This document shows, in pieces, positions 40,682 to 50,031 of a DNA stretch of 64,000 nucleotides (positions are counted from its first letter, which is position 1; every line of letters starts with the position of its first letter). Under the pieces are notes generated by a model. It worked only from the letters and a program-made list of their open reading frames with translations, was not told the DNA's origin and did no database searches. The position numbers and the translations under genes are program-made. The stretch spans positions 15,993 through 79,992 of the forward strand of contig DAFJ01000085.1 of the NCBI GenBank assembly GCA_002497905.1. The letters run 5' to 3'. The DNA comes from Euryarchaeota archaeon UBA251. GTDB taxonomy: Archaea; Thermoplasmatota; Poseidoniia; Poseidoniales; Thalassarchaeaceae.

Positions 40682-41839
40682 ATGCCGATGCCCCCACATC
40701 CACCTGTCATCGAGGACCCTCGCATCCTTGCACGGTACCCTTTCCTTCCACAGGCTGTGAAGCATACTCGTAGCATCCTTGAGAACAACGGGGTCACCAT
40801 GGAGAGCCTATTGACGGATGGGTGGTTGAGCGATATTCGAAGAAGGGGCGACTTGCGTGTCAAGGAATCAATACTACATGACGATGGCATTGGAGTTCCA
40901 ACATCGGATATTAGCACCGATCTCGGTCGCATGACTGAGAGTTTGTCTTTCCTCTATGCAATGCTTGTAGCTTGTTCGACCTTTGAGGAGCGGGTTACTG
41001 CTCGATGGGCTGAAGGAGAGGCGAGTCGAGCGGATGCAATTCTTGGATTAGATAACGAATCATTCGATATCATTGCCCACACTTACATCTCGAATCTTCG
41101 ATCTGAGCAGATAGATGGAGCATTGGTCTACAGCATTCCTATGACGGATTTCATCGAATTGGGTCCACGTATTAGTGGAGATTACTGGCGACTTCCAAAC
41201 CGGCCTCTCGATCACGGCTGGGTTACAATGAACCCCCATTCCGGAGAGAACTCAAAACAACGACTTGCTAGATTGTTGAAGGAAAGAATCCGAGAAGACC
41301 TAAGGACGCGTTGCGATGAACGTATGGAACGCATCGATGATAGTTTTGCTGAACGGCTAAGTGAGCCAGTTGGTGCTGTTCTAACTATCCTTCAGTCTCG
41401 TGCAAAAATGGATTTCAATGCAGGTGATGCGACTCGTTCCGACTGGCCCCCTTGCATGGAGTCAGCAATTGCCGAACTTGCTATGGGAGAGAACGTGAAT
41501 CATGCAGGTCGTGTCTTCCTTGCAGCTATGTCCGCCGCAATCGGTATTGATATTGACCAATGTGCTGGATTCTTTTCAGGCGCTCCTGATTTTAATCTGG
41601 ATACAACACGCTACCAAATCAGCCACATATACGACCGAGAATACACTCCAGCAGGCTGCAGCCGGCTAAAACTCGATGGGCGCTGCCCGGTCTCCAAAGG
41701 AGAAGATTCCATATGTGACAAACCGAAGATGAAACATCCACTATCTTACGTATGGTGGAAGCAGAGGGACCGGGGGCAACGACCAGAAGAAGCACAGGAA
41801 GAATCCACAACACAAGACACGGAATCTGCCAACCCTTGA
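40682..41839 (+). CDS. priL: DNA primase large subunit
   Basis: RYPFL, WPPCM, NHAGR, APDFN..TTRYQISHI, YTPAGC...C...C...HPLSY Fe-S domain. Confidence 0.92.
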   Translation: MPMPPHPPVIEDPRILARYPFLPQAVKHTRSILENNGVTMESLLTDGWLSDIRRRGDLRVKESILHDDGIGVPTSDISTDLGRMTESLSFLYAMLVACSTFEERVTARWAEGEASRADAILGLDNESFDIIAHTYISNLRSEQIDGALVYSIPMTDFIELGPRISGDYWRLPNRPLDHGWVTMNPHSGENSKQRLARLLKERIREDLRTRCDERMERIDDSFAERLSEPVGAVLTILQSRAKMDFNAGDATRSDWPPCMESAIAELAMGENVNHAGRVFLAAMSAAIGIDIDQCAGFFSGAPDFNLDTTRYQISHIYDREYTPAGCSRLKLDGRCPVSKGEDSICDKPKMKHPLSYVWWKQRDRGQRPEEAQEESTTQDTESANP

Positions 41840-41872
41840 TTAGTACAGCCCGATAAGAGCTCACCGAAGCAC

Positions 41873-42985
41873 ATGACACGTACGCTAGTGTTGACCATTG
41901 ACCGAGACAATGATCTCGGGATTAAGGCAGGCCTTAGGGGGCCCGTCATCGGGAGGAAGGCAACTCTCAGTGCTGCACTTCGACTAGGTCTTGCTGATCC
42001 TGAGGAGAGCGATACAAATGCCATCCTGGGAGCATTGCATCACCACGACCGGATTCTCGATTCGGGTGAGCCAAATGATACGGTCGAAGTTGCTATCCTA
42101 ACTGGAGATGAGAGAGTTGGTGCCCGGTCTGACCGAGCAATTGCAAAACAGTTGGAAGAAGTCATCGCTGAATTCCAACCTGACTGTGCGATCTTGGTGA
42201 CTGATGGAGCAGAGGATGAGGCAGTGATGCCCATTCTGCAGAGTCGGGTGCGAATCGATTATGTCGAGAAAATCATCGTACGTCAAAGCAAGGGTATCGA
42301 AGGGACGTTTTACTACATCATGAAGGCTATCGAGGACCCAAAATGGCGGGCTCGCCTACTAGTTCCGCTCTCTGTATTCATGATGATTATTGGGCTAGGC
42401 ATGATCATTCCAGGCGGAGGTGTCCTGATTGGCGCTATGCCATTATTCGTTGGGCTGTGGCTACTCGCCAAGGGACTCGGTGCAGAAACACAATTCGAAC
42501 GCCTCATAGTCGATATGCGAGAAAGTGCAATGGGTGGCATTGTTTCCTCTCTATTGTGGGCCTTTGCATCGTTCGCAAGCCTACTCGCCATTCTTGAGGT
42601 ATATCGAGAGATTGCTCAAGCAAGCTCCGAGATGAGTGGGTTTGAGATTGGTGTGGAAGCAATGGATAGTGGTTTACAATGGATTGTACTAGCATCCCTT
42701 GCCGTGGCTATGTCCATGGTTGTCCTACGCTGGAGGCGTGGTACGCTATCTGGGCGAATCTTCCAACTTGTTGCGGGAGGTGCTGTAATCTACGCATTTG
42801 CGGAGGCTAGTCTCGATGTAGCACGTAAAATTGCTCAAGGCGAAACCTACGAGCTTGACCCTGGAGTAATTTACAGCGATTGGGGGCTCGTTCTAGTGAC
42901 TATTGTCGTGTGGTGGATGGTTCGGACCGGTGTACGCTCTTGGTCCACTCGACAAGAGATTCAAGGCAAGTTCTGGGGAGTCTAA
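41873..42985 (+). CDS. DUF373 family archaeal membrane protein
   Basis: LVLTIDRDNDLG, DPEESDTNA, VTDGAEDE, IIVRQS, followed by multiple TM helices. Confidence 0.88.
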   Translation: MTRTLVLTIDRDNDLGIKAGLRGPVIGRKATLSAALRLGLADPEESDTNAILGALHHHDRILDSGEPNDTVEVAILTGDERVGARSDRAIAKQLEEVIAEFQPDCAILVTDGAEDEAVMPILQSRVRIDYVEKIIVRQSKGIEGTFYYIMKAIEDPKWRARLLVPLSVFMMIIGLGMIIPGGGVLIGAMPLFVGLWLLAKGLGAETQFERLIVDMRESAMGGIVSSLLWAFASFASLLAILEVYREIAQASSEMSGFEIGVEAMDSGLQWIVLASLAVAMSMVVLRWRRGTLSGRIFQLVAGGAVIYAFAEASLDVARKIAQGETYELDPGVIYSDWGLVLVTIVVWWMVRTGVRSWSTRQEIQGKFWGV

Positions 42986-43432
42986 TCAGGACTCAAATAA
43001 TGTCTCAGTCATACACTGTGGGCATGTTACCTTAATCGGTCGAACCGAGGGAATACCGAGTGGTGATCGACAGGCAGGACAGACAATAGCTTGCTCAACC
43101 TGTGACTGCCGTGAACGTCCCTCACTACTCGGGTCATACCCCATGCGGTATCGGTGTGCTTCAGAAAGCGCCTCGGCCCCCGTTTGAGGAGGGGGGCTGG
43201 TTTCCATCATTGGGTCAACGCCTCCTTTGGATCTCGAAATTGACATGTCCCATTCCGGTTCACTAGCGCTCATTGGCGTTCCAGATGATGCCATTTCCAT
43301 AAGGCGGAGGAGCTCATCAGATGAGACTCCATGCTCGACCGTTACACGATCTATTGCAAGCATTTTCTCGTATCCATCTAACGCGTTCAATTCTGCGATG
43401 ACAGAGGCAGGCACGTCACTCATGGGAGTCAC
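42986..43432 (-). CDS. Hypothetical protein with C-terminal zinc ribbon
   Basis: CPAC...CPQC at the C-terminus; stop abuts the DUF373 stop. Confidence 0.65.
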   Translation of the reverse strand: MTPMSDVPASVIAELNALDGYEKMLAIDRVTVEHGVSSDELLRLMEMASSGTPMSASEPEWDMSISRSKGGVDPMMETSPPPQTGAEALSEAHRYRMGYDPSSEGRSRQSQVEQAIVCPACRSPLGIPSVRPIKVTCPQCMTETLFES

Positions 43433-43502
43433 TCATACCCGCCTCACTTGAGGGTTGAGGATGGACAAGTACTCATCTATACGAATCATCCTAGGATTAG
43501 AC

Positions 43503-43865
43503 ATGCACCCATCAGTCAATGTCCTCGGTACCCCACTTAAGACCTGCAACGAAGAACCTCTCACTGGCTGGTTCCGTGACGGATGTTGCAATACTGACGA
43601 TTCAGATAGAGGCATGCATACCGTCTGTGTAGTAGTCGATGAAGCATTCTTGACGTTCAGTGCTAATGTGGGTAATGACCTTTCGACACCACGACCGGAA
43701 TTTCGATTTCTTGGACTCAATCCAGGAGACAGATGGTGTCTATGTGCAACGCGATGGAGGGAAGCATGGGCTGAGGGATGTGCGCCTCCTGTCGATCTTG
43801 AAGCCACACATGTAAGGACGCTTGAAGTGATTGATTTGTCTGTGCTTGAAATGTACGCTATGTGA
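43503..43865 (+). CDS. DUF2237 family protein
   Basis: NVLGTPL..C...PLTGWFRDGCC, HTVC, GNDLSTP, GDRWCLCA.RW. Confidence 0.9.
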   Translation: MHPSVNVLGTPLKTCNEEPLTGWFRDGCCNTDDSDRGMHTVCVVVDEAFLTFSANVGNDLSTPRPEFRFLGLNPGDRWCLCATRWREAWAEGCAPPVDLEATHVRTLEVIDLSVLEMYAM

Positions 43866-43907
43866 AGGAAACGAACCGTTCACAAAGGATGAAGGAGACG
43901 GTGGATT

Positions 43908-44615
43908 ATGTCTGATGCTACGGCCAATGTCGGCACATTGTACATGCTCAACACTTGCCCCTTTACCTGGAAGGTTCGGGCCCTGCTCGACTATCTCGAT
44001 CTCCCTCATGATCGAGTACAAGTTAATCCCATGCGAATCAAGAAAAGTGTCTCCTTTGCAGGGGACTGGGGCAAGACGCCTGTCTGGAAAATGCATGATG
44101 GTGAAGTTGTTGTCGACTCTACTCCTATCATGAAACGTATCGATGAGATTCACAACGATGGTCGATTGGCCTCTTCTTCAGATCTAGCCCGGCGTGATGA
44201 ATGGATTGAATGGGCAGATCTACACGTCAAAAATGCCACCATCCCGATTCTATACGGTAGCATTGGATCGGCTCTGAGCACCACACGTTCAGTCTCACGG
44301 CATGAGAAGTTTGGACTGATGACTGGACGATTGTACGCGTGGGCAGGGTTTCCAATCATGTGGGGTATAATCGCACGGAAGCGAACGAAAAACACTGGTA
44401 TGAATCCTAAACAACTCTGGCATCACCTTCTAGATCAGTGGACTGGTGAGATTGGTGGGCAGCAATTTTTTGGTGGCGACGAACCTGATCTTGTTGACCT
44501 CATTGTCTATGGTTACATGCGATCGATTGAGATGCATCCGAAAGCATTCCGCCTCATTGAAGATCATGAAAATGGGATGGCTTGGTTCAAACGCATGAAA
44601 GGCGTTGCTGCTTGA
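43908..44615 (+). CDS. Glutathione S-transferase family, prostaglandin E synthase 2-like
   Basis: LYMLNTCPFTWKVRALLDY, VNP, WGKTP, DSTPI, FFGGDEPDLVDLIVYG. Confidence 0.75.
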   Translation: MSDATANVGTLYMLNTCPFTWKVRALLDYLDLPHDRVQVNPMRIKKSVSFAGDWGKTPVWKMHDGEVVVDSTPIMKRIDEIHNDGRLASSSDLARRDEWIEWADLHVKNATIPILYGSIGSALSTTRSVSRHEKFGLMTGRLYAWAGFPIMWGIIARKRTKNTGMNPKQLWHHLLDQWTGEIGGQQFFGGDEPDLVDLIVYGYMRSIEMHPKAFRLIEDHENGMAWFKRMKGVAA

Positions 44616-45509
44616 TTATCCATCACTAACATTGAGACCGTAGGTGGAAATCATCGCGAGCATACCAAGGCAACAAGCTGAGTAAAAGTGGCCTTGGCTA
44701 AAGAAGACGAGGCCCCCCGCAGTTCGGAGAAGCAACGCACTCTTTGCTTTCCAACCCATGATGCCTAAAACAATCGCAATCAATCCAATGCCAAAGAAGA
44801 TTGCACCTACGATATCGTATACTGCTGCTGCAGTAGGGTCATACAACTCACGACCACGCTGCTCTTCAGATAAGTCAATCCAGCGCATCAATCCATTATT
44901 TTCCTCTTCAACGGCATCGAATACTGCAGGAGATTCGTAATCGACATCCAAGTGTGTAAATCCATACGGTTCAAACAAAGCACCAGGTGACAGAATAATG
45001 CGATGTGTCATACCTTCTGAATCATGGGTGTTATTCACCACAAACATCGTCATTAGACCTGGATTCAGACCCTCAAGGCGAAAGCGGCCTTCCGCGTCGG
45101 TCACATTTGATGGGCGAGTGATTCTCTGAGTTCCATTCTCTACGACTGTCGTTACAACCTCGATTGTGAAATTGGATCCTGGGCTACCATCATGTAGGGT
45201 TAAGGTGCCTGTGAGGATTGCCGATCCAGGTGAGGATTGACTGATGAAGGAGGCGGTCTGTGTTTGACTGTAAATGAAGCCTCGATCAGTCACAAGGCCT
45301 CGGTCTCCCTCAATAAAATCAAGGCCGTTGATAACACCGAATATTCCTGCAACAAGAATGAACAGGAGGGCTACGTGCATCCGAGGGTCTCTTGGGGTGT
45401 CCTTCGGTAACTGAAGTGTTGCTCCTGTGGAGGAAAATACTGGTTCCTCCTCAGGAATCACGACAATTGGGGGATCCGAAGAGGCCTCTTTTCTGTCCCC
45501 CATGAACAT
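44616..45509 (-). CDS. Membrane protein with carboxypeptidase-regulatory-like beta domain
   Basis: TM helix, TDAEGRFRLEGLNPG motif, further TM helices. Start at ATG 45509. Confidence 0.65.
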   Translation of the reverse strand: MFMGDRKEASSDPPIVVIPEEEPVFSSTGATLQLPKDTPRDPRMHVALLFILVAGIFGVINGLDFIEGDRGLVTDRGFIYSQTQTASFISQSSPGSAILTGTLTLHDGSPGSNFTIEVVTTVVENGTQRITRPSNVTDAEGRFRLEGLNPGLMTMFVVNNTHDSEGMTHRIILSPGALFEPYGFTHLDVDYESPAVFDAVEEENNGLMRWIDLSEEQRGRELYDPTAAAVYDIVGAIFFGIGLIAIVLGIMGWKAKSALLLRTAGGLVFFSQGHFYSACCLGMLAMISTYGLNVSDG

Positions 45510-45525
45510 GGATAGGAGGTGTCCT

Positions 45526-46914
45526 TTATTCCGCTTGCGAGAACTGATCTTCTTCTCTGTGAATCCTATCACCCAACGAACGATTGAGGCGCGCCCAATC
45601 AGCTGGATCTATCCATGCCACTAGGTACAAGCCTTCGTCACTCATCCTCCGTTCTCCAACCATCGAATTACGACGAATCTCGGCCTCAATAGCAGCGATC
45701 GGTCGATCAGATGCGTCACTGGGTGGCAAAACCAGAAATGAAATTGGAGGGCCATGTAAACGTGTCAAGATGTTGGAACGAAGGTGTTCAATGCCTTCAG
45801 ACGAAGTTGAAGATGTTAGAATTGTCTCAGAAACTCCGAAAGAATCCAACGCACGATTCACTGCGGCCACATGAGATTCGCTACACGAATCCTGCTTGGT
45901 CAAAACCACAAGCAAATCATATGAGCCCACATCTGGATCACTACGGTCGAAGAGTTCTCGGCGTGAAGTCTCAAACTTCCGGACTACTTCCTCCACTGGA
46001 TCCGAGCAATCCAACAAAAGGAGCAGGAGGTCGCATTCAAGGCTCTCTTTGAGAGTTGCAGAAAACGCATCAAGGAGATCTGAAGGGATGTCGTCGATGA
46101 ACCCAATTGTGTCAACAAGAAGTACACGAGGGCTGAACTGCATCCGGCCAACTGTCGTCTCCAACGTCGAGAAATAACGATCCTCAACAATGACTGGTTT
46201 TCCACAGAGGGATGCAAATAAGCTCGATTTTCCGGCGTTGGTATATCCAGCTAAACCCACCGTTCGGGCCCCACTTGCTCGACGTTGTCTTTGGCGCTCC
46301 TTGATTGCTCGACTGTATCTTCGCTGACGTCCACGAAGTGTCTTCAGTTCTCTATTTAGAGCATTTAGTGCAACATTCCAACCAGTTCGACCGCCAGCTC
46401 CGTAACCAAGGCGTTCTCCGGTTGTCTCGCGATTCACCAATTCACGCAAAACGTTACGATCAGCGTTCAAACGAGCAATGCGCACTTGATTGCGTGCTTC
46501 AACCGATGAGGCATGTTGAGTAAAGAGTTCTAGGAGAAGGCGGACGCGATCCCAAGTCTCACATTGCAACATGTCAGTCATGTTCACTAATTGACGAGCA
46601 CTTAGATTCGCATTCACAAGAACAAGATCTATTCCAAACCAAGGATGACTTTCAGGAGCCATACGTAATTCATCACGAATTGCTTCAAGTCGGCCACGAC
46701 CTAGATGTGTTCGTTTGTCCGATCGACCTCGCTGAGCAACGATTTCAACAACTTGGATATCCATTGTATCTGCAAGTGCAAGGAACTCCGTCGGATTTTC
46801 ATCGCGAGTCAGCATCAATGCTCGGCGACCCGCATGAGAGGTCCGCAATTCTTCGGTCAGAACTCCCCCTGAACCTGCTATCAATGGGACTGGGTCCCAA
46901 TCTGGATCTTTCAT
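45526..46914 (-). CDS. hflX: GTPase HflX
   Basis: GYTNAGKSS, FSTL, DTIGFI, AFSATL; N-terminal HflX domain. ATGA overlap with mutY. Confidence 0.9.
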   Translation of the reverse strand: MKDPDWDPVPLIAGSGGVLTEELRTSHAGRRALMLTRDENPTEFLALADTMDIQVVEIVAQRGRSDKRTHLGRGRLEAIRDELRMAPESHPWFGIDLVLVNANLSARQLVNMTDMLQCETWDRVRLLLELFTQHASSVEARNQVRIARLNADRNVLRELVNRETTGERLGYGAGGRTGWNVALNALNRELKTLRGRQRRYSRAIKERQRQRRASGARTVGLAGYTNAGKSSLFASLCGKPVIVEDRYFSTLETTVGRMQFSPRVLLVDTIGFIDDIPSDLLDAFSATLKESLECDLLLLLLDCSDPVEEVVRKFETSRRELFDRSDPDVGSYDLLVVLTKQDSCSESHVAAVNRALDSFGVSETILTSSTSSEGIEHLRSNILTRLHGPPISFLVLPPSDASDRPIAAIEAEIRRNSMVGERRMSDEGLYLVAWIDPADWARLNRSLGDRIHREEDQFSQAE

Positions 46915-47897
46915 GCTCGAATCCACCCCGCGGTTTCAAGGATACGTTCATCCAGTTTTGAAATAGGAACTGAAGCCGGATCTAACCCACCATCGCTTCG
47001 TTCCGCAACCCATACCTCAAGGTTCCAGTCTCTGTGACTGAAAGCATGCCTAACCCTACCTACAGATCTGTGTTTTTCGACATGGTGATTATCACATAGA
47101 ACATCTATTCCCTGAGGATCCTCGGTTATTGGTACACCCCACAAACCCCCCAACCTCGAGCCTTTTCTTTTCGTCAGATGGATTCCAAATGGTGTTTGGA
47201 TTACGAGAGCGTGCCCCTCAATTCTCTTTGAATTCCGTTTGCGTGATGCAGGAAATTTCGTTGGCTCATCGGTTTGTACTGCAAGACATACATCTTCAGC
47301 AGGACATCTGTCGCATGAGGGACGACGGGGCGTACAAACAGTTGCACCAAGTTCCATTAAAGCCTGATTCCAATCCCCTGGCCTGTTTCGATAAAGGGAT
47401 TTGTCAGCCCATGTTTGAATATCGCGATCTTTGGGACGTTTCTCTGCTGATATACGAGCATGAATACGGCGAATATTGCCATCCACAGCTGCAACGGGGT
47501 AACCGAATGCAATGGAAGACACGGCTGCTGATGTGTATGGGCCGATTCCAGGCAAATTCTGTAAATCTCGAGGATTAGATGGTAGAGAAGGAGGATTTTG
47601 AGAGATGATTTCAACAGACAGGGCATGCAAATTACGTGCCCTCGCATAATACCCACAACCCTGCCAAGCCTCTAGGACATCCTCAACGGGGGCAGCAGCC
47701 ATGGATTCTATTGTCGGAAATCGTTCCATCATTCGATACCAATGTGCAAGACCAACTTTCATCTGTGTCTGTTGTAGCACAAACTCGGAGACAAGGACTG
47801 CCCACGGATCTGGATTGCTCCTCCATGGAAGATCGCGGGCCTCGGCATCATACCACTCCAGAATGCGCCCCTGAACGGATTCGGATAGCCCGCTCAT
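46911..47897 (-). CDS. mutY: A/G-specific adenine DNA glycosylase
   Basis: RDLPWR, VSEFVLQQT, WQGCGYYARARNLH, LPGIGPYT HhH, VDGN, NQALMELGA, C-x6-C-x2-C-x5-C Fe-S motif. Confidence 0.93.
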   Translation of the reverse strand: MSGLSESVQGRILEWYDAEARDLPWRSNPDPWAVLVSEFVLQQTQMKVGLAHWYRMMERFPTIESMAAAPVEDVLEAWQGCGYYARARNLHALSVEIISQNPPSLPSNPRDLQNLPGIGPYTSAAVSSIAFGYPVAAVDGNIRRIHARISAEKRPKDRDIQTWADKSLYRNRPGDWNQALMELGATVCTPRRPSCDRCPAEDVCLAVQTDEPTKFPASRKRNSKRIEGHALVIQTPFGIHLTKRKGSRLGGLWGVPITEDPQGIDVLCDNHHVEKHRSVGRVRHAFSHRDWNLEVWVAERSDGGLDPASVPISKLDERILETAGWIRA

Positions 47898-47950
47898 CGT
47901 TTGTCTCCTTAGCCGGAGCATCCATAGCGATTGCCTCCGAAGTAGAACTG

Positions 47951-48187
47951 ATGGCAGCACATGAAGCGGTTCTCGTGCTACGGGGCGAATCTATCGAGCG
48001 CCTCTCAACTCTGAAGGCCTCGATATCTGTAGATGACCCGGATAGTTTCTCTATCAAAATGGACCACGGAGCCGTTGAAATGCACATTACCGTCCAGAGT
48101 AACAACATGCGAACGCTACGGAATACCATGGATGATATTCTCGCATGCATCGCTGCAGTTGAAACCACCCTTGAACAAATTGAATGA
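47951..48187 (+). CDS. pcc1: KEOPS complex subunit Pcc1
   Basis: 78 aa; ITVQSNNMRTLRNTMDDILACI matches the Pcc1 C-terminal helix. The longer 47636 ORF overlaps mutY. Confidence 0.7.
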   Translation: MAAHEAVLVLRGESIERLSTLKASISVDDPDSFSIKMDHGAVEMHITVQSNNMRTLRNTMDDILACIAAVETTLEQIE

Positions 48188-48233
48188 GTGAAATCCACAA
48201 TCCTTCAAGTGCAATGGGCGAGTCCGCGGCTCA

Positions 48234-49265
48234 GTGACGGAATTCGGAGACTCCGAAACCCCCGACGCCGGGGAGGAGGTGCTCGCCACAACGGCTCACC
48301 GAGTTCGACTCCCTCATGACCGTGCATCCGATCTTTGGATGGACGACTCGCCCAGCCCCATTCTGACCGAAAGCATGGAACGATGGGTTAGGACCTTGTT
48401 AGAAGACGATGGGTACCACCCAATCGGCCAGACAAGAGTCCTGGTGCGAGCACGTGTCATCGCGAAGCAAGAAGGTGTGCTGTGTGGAAGTCACGTCGTC
48501 AACCATCTACTAAGGACACGACTTCCTGATGTGCAAATGTCTTGGCATAAACGAGAAGGTGAGCGATTCCAAATTGATGACACTCTCCTGATACTCGATG
48601 GTGCCGCCTTGGAGATTCTTGCCGTCGAACGTGTCCTAATCAACCTCATCGGACGGATGTCGGGCATAGCAACAGAGACCGAACGTTGGGTAAATCGATT
48701 AAATGGACTTCGGGTTGCTTCTACTCGTAAGACTGCATGGGGAATCTTAGACAAATGGGCAGTCCACATCGGTGGAGGTCTGACACATCGGCTACGCAAA
48801 AGTGATGCTTGGATGATCAAAGAGAATGATCAGACTGTTCTCAAGATGAATCTTGAAGAATCGAAGAAAGAAACTATGCAAAAATGGATTACAACAACGG
48901 ATCTCAACAAACACGGTGCCTTCACAGTAATCGAAGTAGATTCCATATCAATGGCAAATGTGATTGCAAAATCTTGGTGTAATCGAATGATGGAAACCGA
49001 GGAGGACCGGGTCCTTGTCATCATGCTAGATAACATGGGGCCTGCCAAGACAAAGGAAGCTGTGCTCGACATTCAGTCCCACGGTTACAATCAATGGATT
49101 TGCACAGAAGCGAGTGGGAATATTCGTTTCGAAGACCTAGATGATTGGATGGCAACGGGAGTTGATGTTCTATCTACGAGTTCGATGAATATGGGCGTAC
49201 GATCGATTGACATCAGCATGCTCATCGATGAATCTGGAGTCAGAACTCTACCCTCGGAAGACTGA
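48234..49265 (+). CDS. nadC: Quinolinate phosphoribosyltransferase (nicotinate-nucleotide pyrophosphorylase)
   Basis: ERVLIN...MSGIAT, STRKT, GGGLTHR, IKEN, IEVD, IMLDN, EASGNI, GVDVLS. Confidence 0.88.
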   Translation: MTEFGDSETPDAGEEVLATTAHRVRLPHDRASDLWMDDSPSPILTESMERWVRTLLEDDGYHPIGQTRVLVRARVIAKQEGVLCGSHVVNHLLRTRLPDVQMSWHKREGERFQIDDTLLILDGAALEILAVERVLINLIGRMSGIATETERWVNRLNGLRVASTRKTAWGILDKWAVHIGGGLTHRLRKSDAWMIKENDQTVLKMNLEESKKETMQKWITTTDLNKHGAFTVIEVDSISMANVIAKSWCNRMMETEEDRVLVIMLDNMGPAKTKEAVLDIQSHGYNQWICTEASGNIRFEDLDDWMATGVDVLSTSSMNMGVRSIDISMLIDESGVRTLPSED

Positions 49266-49290
49266 TGGTGTACTCCACGGTCCAATGACC

Positions 49291-50031
49291 ATGGGTGAGG
49301 TACCCGAATCTCATCCACGTCATGCTTCCCTTATGTCACGACAGCGACTTGTCGATGCTATGAAAGAGGGGCTCCTTGCTGATTCTGCTCTAATTGCTCA
49401 CGGCCGTGGGGAGGCCTTCGACTATCTACTCGGAGAACAAACCATGCCTGGTGCGACTATGGCTATCGATGAAGTTGCAGCAAGGCTCCTTATCGCCAAA
49501 CAGCCGGTAATCTCTGTGAATGGCAACACTGTTGCCCTTGCCTGTGATGAACTTCTACAAATCGCCGATACACTCGGATGTCCCCTCGAAGTCAACATCT
49601 ACTATCGGACACCAGAACGAATGGCGGCGCTTCTCGGAAGAATTAGATCTCGTGCCACTGCTCTTAATCTGGATCATGTTGAGATTCTCGGTGCCAACCC
49701 AAATGGACGGATTCCTGGCCTTGATGGGCCGCGAGCGAATTGCTGCCAAGAGGGGATTCTTGGGGCAGATGCGGTTCTCGTCCCGCTTGAAGATGGAGAT
49801 CGATGCGAGGCGTTAGTAGCGATGGGGAAGCAAGTATTCGTGATTGATTTGAATCCACTATCAAGAACTGCGAAAACTGCGACAATATGCATCGTAGATG
49901 AAGTGCAACGTACATCATCTGCTCTTCTATCTAGACTCAGAAATCCAAAGGATTCTGACCCCCACTTCGATGCAGATGCTTCACGGCGTGCTGTCCTTGA
50001 AGTGATGCTCGGCGCATTGGAGCGGGATTAG
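49291..50031 (+). CDS. Phosphopantothenate synthetase (4-phosphopantoate--beta-alanine ligase)
   Basis: VPESHPR..SL, IAHGRGEAFDYLLGE, ISVNGN, VPLEDGDR, IDLNPLSRT. Confidence 0.93.
   Translation: MGEVPESHPRHASLMSRQRLVDAMKEGLLADSALIAHGRGEAFDYLLGEQTMPGATMAIDEVAARLLIAKQPVISVNGNTVALACDELLQIADTLGCPLEVNIYYRTPERMAALLGRIRSRATALNLDHVEILGANPNGRIPGLDGPRANCCQEGILGADAVLVPLEDGDRCEALVAMGKQVFVIDLNPLSRTAKTATICIVDEVQRTSSALLSRLRNPKDSDPHFDADASRRAVLEVMLGALERD

Noticed and set aside
47636-47950. Long N-terminal extensions in the ORF track (pcc1 here; similarly leuS, polC, pyrE, mutY, M32, aminotransferase)
   Set aside because: They overlap neighbouring genes or promoter regions and lack family similarity; they are longest-ORF artefacts.
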